Positions 48,421-56,536 of a stretch of 64,000 bases of DNA are shown piece after piece. Made by a program: the position numbers and the translations under genes. How positions within the stretch are numbered: position 1 is the stretch's first letter; each line of letters starts with the position of its first letter. The notes beneath the pieces are model-generated. The model did not search any database. It saw only the letters and a program-made list of their open reading frames with translations, and was not told the origin of the DNA. Source of the stretch: Candidatus Hodarchaeota archaeon (GTDB lineage Archaea > Asgardarchaeota > Lokiarchaeia > Sigyniarchaeales > SOKP01); assembly GCA_048886685.1 (NCBI GenBank), contig JBHLKM010000005.1, positions 138,958 to 202,957 on the forward strand, read 5' to 3'.

Positions 48421-50859
48421 TTGACTTCAGAACAAATTGAAGAGATTTTACTAAAAGATGAAATGACAAGTAGCTATATAGATTATAGCATGTCTGTTAT
48501 TATCGGAAGAGCAATTCCTGATGTAAGAGATGGACTCAAACCTGTTCAAAAAAGAATTATATATGCAATGGCTGAAAGTGGATGGGATTCACGTTCTTCT
48601 CATGTTAAATGTGCTAAAATTGTTGGAGAAGTTTTAGGGAATTATCATCCTCATGGTGATGCTGCTGTATATAGCGCTCTTGTAAGAATGGGACAGGACT
48701 TTTCTCTAAGGTATCCATTGATAGATCCTCAAGGAAATTTTGGTTCAGTCGATGGGGATCTCCCTGCAGCCTATAGGTATACAGAAGCTAGACTCTCTCG
48801 AATTTCGGATGAGTTGATTGAAGATATTAACAAAAATACTGTTGATTTTATACAAAATTTCGATGACAGTAAAGTTGAACCGGTTTATTTACCAGCAAAA
48901 TTACCAAATATTTTAATAAATGGAACAAAGGGTATCGCGGTAGGAATGGCGACATCAATGCCTCCTCATAATTTAAAGGAAATCTGTCAAGGTATTATTG
49001 CCACCATTGACGATCCTGAAATATCAATTCAAGAACTTATGGAATTTATTAAGGGTCCCGATTTTCCGACGGGAGGTATTATTTCAGATACAAACGGGAT
49101 ATATAATGCATACACTACCGGAATAGGTAATGTCAATATTAGTGGGAAAATCGAAACTGAAGTTAAAGGAGACAAAACTAGACTAGTTATTACAGAAATT
49201 CCCTATTTAGTAAATAAATCTCTATTGATAGAATCAATTGCTAAAATGATAAAGGATGGCGTTCTTAAAGACATTAAAGACTTAAGAGATGAATCTGATA
49301 GAAGTGGGATGCGTATAGTCATAGATTTAACTAAAAATGCTCAACCTGTTATCATTAAAAATATTTTATTCAAAAGGACTAAATTGTTTACAAGCTTTAA
49401 TATTATAAATTTAGTGTTGATCAATGGTGGAAAACAACCTAAAATTTTAACTTTAAAAGAAATAATTCAGGAATATATAGAGCACCGTCTACTCATTATT
49501 AAAAGACGAATTGAATTTGACCTGAAAAAAGCTGAAGAACGACTTCATAGAGTAGAGGGACTACTCATTGCCTTAAATGATATAGATAACGTTATAAAAA
49601 TTATTAAAAATGCAAAAGATACAAACGAAGCAAAAATTAAATTAATAGAGGCATATAGCTTAAGCGATATTCAGGTTCAAGCAATTTTAAGTATGCAATT
49701 ATCCCGATTAACTAGTTTAGAAAAACAGAAGCTAGAAGAAGAAGAAAAATCCCTGAATGAAAGCATTAGTGAATATAAAAAGATTTTGGCAAGTGAAAAA
49801 TTACAATTAGATATCATAAAGAGTGAATTAAAGGATTTGAGTAAGAAATACGGTGATGAAAGGAAATCGAAGATAGAAATTAGTGGTGAAGAGCCAATTA
49901 AAGAAATTGAAAAGAAAGATCTAATTAAAAAGGAACCTACAATTGTTATTTTTACAAAAAATCAATATATTAAACGAATTTCTGTGGAACAATATCGTAC
50001 TCAAGCACGAGGTGGTCGTGGTAAAAAAAGCATGACTGTGCGGGAAGAAGATTTCATAACTGATTTATTTGTATGTTCCACTCATGATACAATTTTAGTT
50101 TTTACCTCCAAAGGGAGAGTTTATTCAATAAAAAGTTTTGATATTCCCTTACAAAAACGTACTGCACGTGGAAAGCCAATAATTAACTTTATTCCATTAC
50201 AATCTGAAGAAAAGATTTCCTCCATGATACCTATTAATAACTTTAATACTAATGAAATGCTAATAATGACTACAAAAAATGGGATAATAAAGAAATGCCC
50301 ATTGCGATTATTTTCAAAGTTTAAAAGCACAGGTGTAAGAGCCCAAAGAATAAGACCGGATGATGAATTAGTAAGTGTGAAAAGATTATCAAATGAGTTA
50401 GAAGACATTTTTATTGCTACAAAACTAGGTTATGCTGTTCGGTTTGACGAATCTGAATTGAGAGAATTAGGAAGAAACTCAATGGGTGTGAAAGGAGCAG
50501 ATTTGAGAGAAAATGATGAAGTTATTGACTCTTTATTGGTTACTGATGATGACATCATATTAACTTTAACTGAAAATGGTTATGGTCAAAGAACTTTTGT
50601 AAAGGAATATAGAAAAACAGGTAGAGGTGCTAAAGGAGTTAAAAACATAACTTTAGATAAAACAAAAAATGACAAAGTCATTGCCATTAAAATTGCGAAA
50701 AATATGGATTTATTAATTGGGACAGAACAGGGGCAAATGATAAGAGTATCTGTAGATTCAATAAGAATAACTCATAGAACTGCTAAAGGTGTGAGAGTTA
50801 TTAAGTTGTATGAAAACGATTCAGTCACGGGAATCGGAAAGTGTGAAAAAGAAGATTAA
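48421..50859 (+). CDS. gyrA: DNA gyrase subunit A
   Basis: RAIPDVRDGLKP, YHPHGD, AAYRYTE catalytic Tyr, GyrA-box QARGGRG, C-terminal pinwheel repeats. Confidence 0.97.
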   Translation: MTSEQIEEILLKDEMTSSYIDYSMSVIIGRAIPDVRDGLKPVQKRIIYAMAESGWDSRSSHVKCAKIVGEVLGNYHPHGDAAVYSALVRMGQDFSLRYPLIDPQGNFGSVDGDLPAAYRYTEARLSRISDELIEDINKNTVDFIQNFDDSKVEPVYLPAKLPNILINGTKGIAVGMATSMPPHNLKEICQGIIATIDDPEISIQELMEFIKGPDFPTGGIISDTNGIYNAYTTGIGNVNISGKIETEVKGDKTRLVITEIPYLVNKSLLIESIAKMIKDGVLKDIKDLRDESDRSGMRIVIDLTKNAQPVIIKNILFKRTKLFTSFNIINLVLINGGKQPKILTLKEIIQEYIEHRLLIIKRRIEFDLKKAEERLHRVEGLLIALNDIDNVIKIIKNAKDTNEAKIKLIEAYSLSDIQVQAILSMQLSRLTSLEKQKLEEEEKSLNESISEYKKILASEKLQLDIIKSELKDLSKKYGDERKSKIEISGEEPIKEIEKKDLIKKEPTIVIFTKNQYIKRISVEQYRTQARGGRGKKSMTVREEDFITDLFVCSTHDTILVFTSKGRVYSIKSFDIPLQKRTARGKPIINFIPLQSEEKISSMIPINNFNTNEMLIMTTKNGIIKKCPLRLFSKFKSTGVRAQRIRPDDELVSVKRLSNELEDIFIATKLGYAVRFDESELRELGRNSMGVKGADLRENDEVIDSLLVTDDDIILTLTENGYGQRTFVKEYRKTGRGAKGVKNITLDKTKNDKVIAIKIAKNMDLLIGTEQGQMIRVSVDSIRITHRTAKGVRVIKLYENDSVTGIGKCEKED

Positions 50860-50864
50860 CTATC

Positions 50865-51227
50865 TTAAGTTTTATTTTTAAGATATGGTATAAGGCAAAT
50901 AAAAACAAGATTATCCTTACCTAAATTGTCTATACCATGTTTTTCATTTGGAGGGATGTAAACCACGTCTCCTTGCGAGACTTTATTCTCCTGTCCTTTA
51001 TCATTATAAAATCTGCCATTGCCAGATAATATGTATATTTCATGATCTTGATCATGCTTATGGAGTGGAACCTTTCCATCTACCTTTATTTCAAAACGCC
51101 TCATTGCAAAATTCTTAGCACCCATATTATCATCAATTAGCCATCTAACAGTAACATCCTTTACTTCCGTTCCATCACTTAAAGTGGCTTGTTTTTCTTC
51201 CACATCAGCATAATTTTTTTTTATCAT
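50865..51227 (-). CDS. Cupin domain protein
   Basis: PLHKH...HEIYILSG and GDVVYIPPNEKH motifs. Confidence 0.88.
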   Translation of the reverse strand: MIKKNYADVEEKQATLSDGTEVKDVTVRWLIDDNMGAKNFAMRRFEIKVDGKVPLHKHDQDHEIYILSGNGRFYNDKGQENKVSQGDVVYIPPNEKHGIDNLGKDNLVFICLIPYLKNKT

Positions 51228-51301
51228 AATTTAAACAAAATTCTTAATCTATTAAAATGATATCAAATTACAATTAAATTAGATAAAAAAGGGTTAGAAA
51301 T

Positions 51302-52231
51302 ATGACAAAGAAAAAAGTAGCTTTTGACTATACTCATAATAATAAATTAACTATTGAGAATAATGCTTTTACTGACTTTATACAGTACTTATTTGATTCC
51401 GATTTTCAACTAGGAAAAATCGAGGCAGGAATAACTTCTGAAAAATTAGCTAACTATGACCTTTTCATAATAGGAGTCCCAAATTTAGGTCCTGATTTAA
51501 GTTTGGATGAAATAAACGATTTAGTCGATTATGTTAAGAACGGGGGAAGCCTTCTTATAATAAACGATGGTGGTGGAGATTACGAAAACAAAAATAATTT
51601 GTCTGAATTGACTAAAAACTTTGGAATAAGTTTTAATAATGATAAATTATCTGACAACAAATCCTTCTCCCAAGAAAATTCTCATCCTATTATTAAAGAT
51701 TTCAGCCCTCACTATATAACAAGAGATATAAACCAATTTATACACTCGAATGGCTGTACGTTAACAATAAATAAATCTATTGAAAATGAAAATATTGACA
51801 TTAATAGTATTGCATATTCCTCAGAAAGTACTTCATGGCATAGCTATTTAAATGAAGATGGTTGGCATGATGAATCTATACAGCATCTCCCTATTATAGG
51901 GGCAATACATTATAATTTAGGGAAAGTGGTTACTATTGGCAATCTCTCTATTTTTTCAAGCTTAAATAAACTATATGGTATCAAAGCGGCAGATAACTTT
52001 AAATTGATATCTAATGTTATTTCTTGGTTATTAAACAAAGCTGGTTCTGAAGAAGAAAGAGAGTCAAAACCAATATACTCAACTGTCGCAATAAGCCAAG
52101 ATCTTTTTTATTGGGCTAAAGATATGATAAATTTAGATAGATGGAAAAACCTGGAAGAACTAATTAATTTTGCTTTAAGAATCGTAAAAATAAGATTGAA
52201 GGAATTTGATAAAAATGATAAAGGCGAATAA
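51302..52231 (+). CDS. GIFT (GldG/IFT52/DUF4350-like) domain protein with C-terminal RHH-like element
   Basis: VAFDYTH, ITSEKL..YDLFIIGVP, YVKNGGSLLI, FGISFNND, GKVVTIGN, NFKLISNVISWL. Confidence 0.7.
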   Translation: MTKKKVAFDYTHNNKLTIENNAFTDFIQYLFDSDFQLGKIEAGITSEKLANYDLFIIGVPNLGPDLSLDEINDLVDYVKNGGSLLIINDGGGDYENKNNLSELTKNFGISFNNDKLSDNKSFSQENSHPIIKDFSPHYITRDINQFIHSNGCTLTINKSIENENIDINSIAYSSESTSWHSYLNEDGWHDESIQHLPIIGAIHYNLGKVVTIGNLSIFSSLNKLYGIKAADNFKLISNVISWLLNKAGSEEERESKPIYSTVAISQDLFYWAKDMINLDRWKNLEELINFALRIVKIRLKEFDKNDKGE

Positions 52232-52745
52232 AGAGAAATTATTAATTGGTTTGATTGGCGATACACATGTTCCTTCAAGAGTACCAGAAATCCCTCTGCA
52301 TATATTAAATGATTTTAAGGAAAAAAAAATTGACTATTTAATCCACCTTGGAGATTTCACTGATTTAAAATCATATAATAACCTTCAAGAGACATTTGGA
52401 AAAGATAAAGTAGTTGGGATTTTAGGAAATATGGATAATCATCAATTGAGGAAAATTTTACCTGAAAAAGTGGATTTAGATTTATATGGACATAAAATTT
52501 TCATAACACACGGTACGGGAGGATCAAATAATATAATTAAAAGGTTGAATAAATTATTTGATTTGACTGATTATGATATCATAATTTTTGGTCACGTTCA
52601 CCGTCCTTATAACGAAAGATGGAGAGATGGAAAGCTTTATATAAGTCCAGGAACCCCTACTGACAAGGTTTTTACTGATATTAACTCATATGGTTTCCTT
52701 CGAATATCTAAGGATAAGATTGAACCTGAAATTGTATATTTATAA
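52206..52745 (+). CDS. YfcE/MJ0936/Vps29-family metallophosphoesterase
   Basis: GDTH, HLGD, GNMD, THG, FGHVH, SPG motifs. Confidence 0.9.
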   Translation: MIKMIKANKEKLLIGLIGDTHVPSRVPEIPLHILNDFKEKKIDYLIHLGDFTDLKSYNNLQETFGKDKVVGILGNMDNHQLRKILPEKVDLDLYGHKIFITHGTGGSNNIIKRLNKLFDLTDYDIIIFGHVHRPYNERWRDGKLYISPGTPTDKVFTDINSYGFLRISKDKIEPEIVYL

Positions 52746-52912
52746 AATTCATGTGCTTTTATCCTTCTTTATATTATTAACCAATGTTATTATATCTCTA
52801 TTCTTACTGAAAAAGGATTCGTTAAAATTATAAATCATTAAAAAAAATAATTATATTAATTATAAAAATTCCAGAAAAATATATCTAGAAATATTAAAAA
52901 GGTATTAAAAAG

Positions 52913-53626
52913 GTGAATTCAATTAGAGAACCTAGGGACTATATTTGGGTTCTTCCTCTTATTGGTGGTGTATTAATCCTTATCTCTTTTTTTACCCCGG
53001 CCTTATATGCTGATCAAATGGGAATTGAAGAATACTATTGGATGTGGGGATTGTGGTATGGATCCGCTGCTGGTTATGGTTCTGATACTCTTTTTATCGC
53101 TACAGAAGAACCTTCTAAGTATATGATGCCTATATTTTACTCAGGACTGATTCCTGCGGTATTAATATTAATAGGATCAATAATACTTATTGCTTCTTCC
53201 AACGCTGTTAGAACAGGTAGAAGAGACATTAAAAACGCTGAAAACGGATGGATAGGGATGGGAATTATGATGATCGTAGCCTCAATAATCTATATTATTG
53301 CAATAGATATTACTGTGATGAACTATGTAGAATATGCATATGGAACTTTACCACCAGGTCTCGACCTTTGGGACGTATATGAACCTGGATTTGCGGTTAT
53401 CGCCCCATTTATTGGAGCTGTATTGTCTATTAGTGGAAGTATTGCTAGCAAAACTATCAAACCCAGAAGAGAACCTATCTTTGTCGGAGAAAAAAAGGAG
53501 ATCATTACTAAAAAGCCAATAGGCGAAGTTTCTCATGAAATTAACTTCTGTTCTGAATGTGGTCATCAACTTTTGTATAAAGGAAGTAAATTTTGCTCAA
53601 ATTGTGGAAGTGAAATAAAATATTAA
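52913..53626 (+). CDS. Four-TM membrane protein with a C-terminal zinc ribbon
   Basis: Four TM segments; FCSECG...FCSNCG. Confidence 0.8.
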   Translation: MNSIREPRDYIWVLPLIGGVLILISFFTPALYADQMGIEEYYWMWGLWYGSAAGYGSDTLFIATEEPSKYMMPIFYSGLIPAVLILIGSIILIASSNAVRTGRRDIKNAENGWIGMGIMMIVASIIYIIAIDITVMNYVEYAYGTLPPGLDLWDVYEPGFAVIAPFIGAVLSISGSIASKTIKPRREPIFVGEKKEIITKKPIGEVSHEINFCSECGHQLLYKGSKFCSNCGSEIKY

Positions 53627-53740
53627 TGAATCCTCAATAACGTGTTAAAATTTACATTTATTTTTTTTTGATAGTTGATTTGAAGAAAGCAGATACTTGA
53701 ACGCATCAATTCTAATTAAAAACAGTAGAAAAAAATTGAT

Positions 53741-54355
53741 TTATGCTGCTTCCATTGACTTTCCTGAAAGCTTTTTATAGTGATTTAGGACTGCTTGACG
53801 AGCCGCATAAACAAAAGCTCTTTTTACATTAATTCCTTGAATAGCAATTGTTTCATAAATTAAAGTATGGTCCAAATGAGCTGTATCAAGGGCTTTCCGG
53901 ATTTTGGCTATTTCTACGATATCTTCTAAATCTCGTTTATTAGCTAAAACTACCATTGGTACCTCAGGAGGATCAAATGGTTTTGTTGGTATTAGCTTAT
54001 CTCCATAAAATCGAAGTAATTCCTTTAAGCTCCAAATGTTCTCCGACCATTGGTCTATTAAGCTGTCCCAGGTAAATATACACGCATCTGTACCTTTAAG
54101 AACTGTTTGACGTTGAAATTTATGGCGACGTTGACCTGCAACGGTATATACTTGGAATACAACGTTGGAAACACGTGCTACGACACGATCAAAAAATAAT
54201 GTTCGTCCTGTGGGATCTTGTATCTGTTGCATATCTCCAGAGGCTAATCCTTCACGGCGATATACCCAATCCAATGCTGTTGTCTTTCCCCCTAAAGAAG
54301 GTCCGTAGAAACAAATTTTGAATACAAGTGTTCCATCTCCACGACGACTAGGCAA
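53741..54355 (-). CDS. MglA-family small GTPase
   Basis: KICFYGPSLGGKTT, GRTLFFD, YTVAGQ, VLKGTD, NKRD. Confidence 0.85.
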   Translation of the reverse strand: MPSRRGDGTLVFKICFYGPSLGGKTTALDWVYRREGLASGDMQQIQDPTGRTLFFDRVVARVSNVVFQVYTVAGQRRHKFQRQTVLKGTDACIFTWDSLIDQWSENIWSLKELLRFYGDKLIPTKPFDPPEVPMVVLANKRDLEDIVEIAKIRKALDTAHLDHTLIYETIAIQGINVKRAFVYAARQAVLNHYKKLSGKSMEAA

Positions 54356-54574
54356 AATTATCGAACCTTGATTTTTAAATTACTAGTAAATTAAAATTAA
54401 ATCTTATAAAATCTATAAAACTCTTTTAATATAAAAATTTGCAAAAGAAAAGTTTTGCGATTTTTAAGTAAAAAAAACCTTGTTCTTATTTGTATTTACT
54501 TCTAATATCCAAATATTATTAATAGAATGTAAATTTTTCAAATCAAGTATTAAAATGTATGAGATGAAAAATAC

Positions 54575-55291
54575 ATGTTCTGTAAAATCAATGGGGTAAA
54601 TATTCCTCTCGTATCAACAGGAACATCCCCTTTTTTTGGACCTCCTACTTTCGGAAACAGAGCTCAGGCTTACCGAGATAAGTTTATGACTAATGCTGAT
54701 GCAATGCTTGAAATCATGGAAGCATGTTATGAAGCTGGAGGGCGAGGTATTGAAGCAGTGCCTGGTGGTGCGGTTTGTAAAGCTGCTAAAATAATGAAAG
54801 AAACTCACAGTGATTACGTGGTGACCGGTTCTACTTTGCCAGGACCTAATCCCAATATTGAGGACTTAATTGATATTGATGCTAAAGTAATTTTTGTGCA
54901 TGGTGCTAATTCAGATCGAAAAAATGAAACGCTTCTCAAGTTATTAGATGATATTTCCTCTCGAGGAGTCATCCCCGGAGTGGCTACTCATAATCCACTG
55001 TCTACTATAAATTACATTTTTGAAAACGCACCTGAAGTAAAAGTATTTTTAATCCCATTCAATGCAAATGGATTTATGATGGGAGATAAAATCGCTTTAG
55101 AAGAATTGGTTGATACAAATACGAATTGTTATTTTATAGCTATGAAATCTTTAGACACAGGACGTTTAAAACCACAAAAAGCATATGATTATATTTCTCA
55201 ACATAATATCTGTGCTGTAGCAATTGGAATGGTGAAAGCTGATGAGGCACAAATTTCGACTAAGATTGCTTTAAACGCCCTACAAAAGTAA
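54575..55291 (+). CDS. TIM-barrel protein, aldo/keto-reductase-like
   Basis: GTSPFFG, PGVATH, PFNANG, IAMKSL..GRL, AVAIG patterns. Confidence 0.6.
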   Translation: MFCKINGVNIPLVSTGTSPFFGPPTFGNRAQAYRDKFMTNADAMLEIMEACYEAGGRGIEAVPGGAVCKAAKIMKETHSDYVVTGSTLPGPNPNIEDLIDIDAKVIFVHGANSDRKNETLLKLLDDISSRGVIPGVATHNPLSTINYIFENAPEVKVFLIPFNANGFMMGDKIALEELVDTNTNCYFIAMKSLDTGRLKPQKAYDYISQHNICAVAIGMVKADEAQISTKIALNALQK

Positions 55292-55292
55292 T

Positions 55293-56447
55293 TCAATAAA
55301 AAGGATTATGATATCTTCCTTCTTCTTGTCGAGGTTGATATAAGGACTTCTGTTTAATTTCTTTATCAATTAATCCTTCTATATGGCATAAATATTCATA
55401 CTCATCTTTTAAACAGAGTGTAATCGCAACTCCATGTTTACTCATTCTAGATGTTCTCCCTATTCGGTGGACATACACATCTGGAAATTTTGGAACATCG
55501 TAATTTATCACATGGCTTATATTTTCAATATCTAAACCTCTAGCGGCGACATCAGTAGCAATAAGCATATTAATTTTATGATCTCTAAAAGCTCCCAAAA
55601 TCTTCTCTCGTTGAGCTTGTGATAAATTACCAGAAATTACATTCACCCAATAATTAAATTTTCGATCAGATTTTAATTTGTTAAAAAGCCAAGCCGCTGT
55701 CTTTTTCGTATTTACGAATACTAGTGTATGTTTAGGTTTTTCTCTCTTAATGACCTTCAGAAAAGTCTCAAATTTCTCTTGGTAGTTGTCAATCATATAA
55801 TAGAATTGCTTAGTACTTCCAACGGTTATATTATCTCTACTTAAATTCAGAAAATCAAACTTGTTTCTTGAAAATTTTTTAACCAATTCTCTAATTTCTG
55901 AATAGAGTGTCGCTGAAAATAACAGAAACTGATAATTAGTTTTTATTTGGTTTAAAATATACTTCACGTCAGGAGCGAAACCCATATCCCATAATCTGTC
56001 AGCTTCGTCAAGAACGACGAACCGAATATTATCAAACCTCAGCTCTCTTCTCTTAAAAAGATCAATAATTCTACCAGGTGTCCCTACAATTATATTTACA
56101 CCGTGATGGAGTTTTCTTATTTGGTTATTAATAGAAACGCCACCATATATAGTCATTGATTTAACTCTGGGATTTTTTAGATCTCTTATAACTTCTTCAA
56201 CTTGTATAGCAAGTTCCCTAGTGGGCACTAAAATAAGAGCTTCATTGGTAACGTAGTTCAGGTTTTCAATTATAGGTAAGACAAATGCAAAAGTCTTTCC
56301 GCTTCCTGTTTTTGCCTGAGCCATAATATTTTGACCCTTTAAAATTAAAGGAATGGCTTGTTTTTGAACAGGTGTGGGTTTAATTATATTCAAATTCCGT
56401 AAAGCGTTAACATTTTTATTGTTAATGCCTAATTCTTCAAAATTCAG
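55293..56447 (-). CDS. Minimal DEAD-box RNA helicase; start extended to a CTG
   Basis: Q motif FEELG...PTPVQ, AKTGSGKT, PTRELA, DEAD, SAT, ARGLD, HRIGRTSR. Confidence 0.92.
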   Translation of the reverse strand: MNFEELGINNKNVNALRNLNIIKPTPVQKQAIPLILKGQNIMAQAKTGSGKTFAFVLPIIENLNYVTNEALILVPTRELAIQVEEVIRDLKNPRVKSMTIYGGVSINNQIRKLHHGVNIIVGTPGRIIDLFKRRELRFDNIRFVVLDEADRLWDMGFAPDVKYILNQIKTNYQFLLFSATLYSEIRELVKKFSRNKFDFLNLSRDNITVGSTKQFYYMIDNYQEKFETFLKVIKREKPKHTLVFVNTKKTAAWLFNKLKSDRKFNYWVNVISGNLSQAQREKILGAFRDHKINMLIATDVAARGLDIENISHVINYDVPKFPDVYVHRIGRTSRMSKHGVAITLCLKDEYEYLCHIEGLIDKEIKQKSLYQPRQEEGRYHNPFY

Positions 56448-56536
56448 TTTATTTCACAAAAAATTTTATCGTTTTTTCTCACAATTTCAATAAAGAAAAT
56501 GAACCTTTAAAGAAAAAGCTTTCTATAGTATTTTTT

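Noticed and set aside
46358-50859. Inteins in gyrB or gyrA
   Set aside because: Protein lengths are normal and no intein motifs are present
53660-53713. Weak hairpin between convergent genes
   Set aside because: Short AT-rich stem; at most a terminator-region feature
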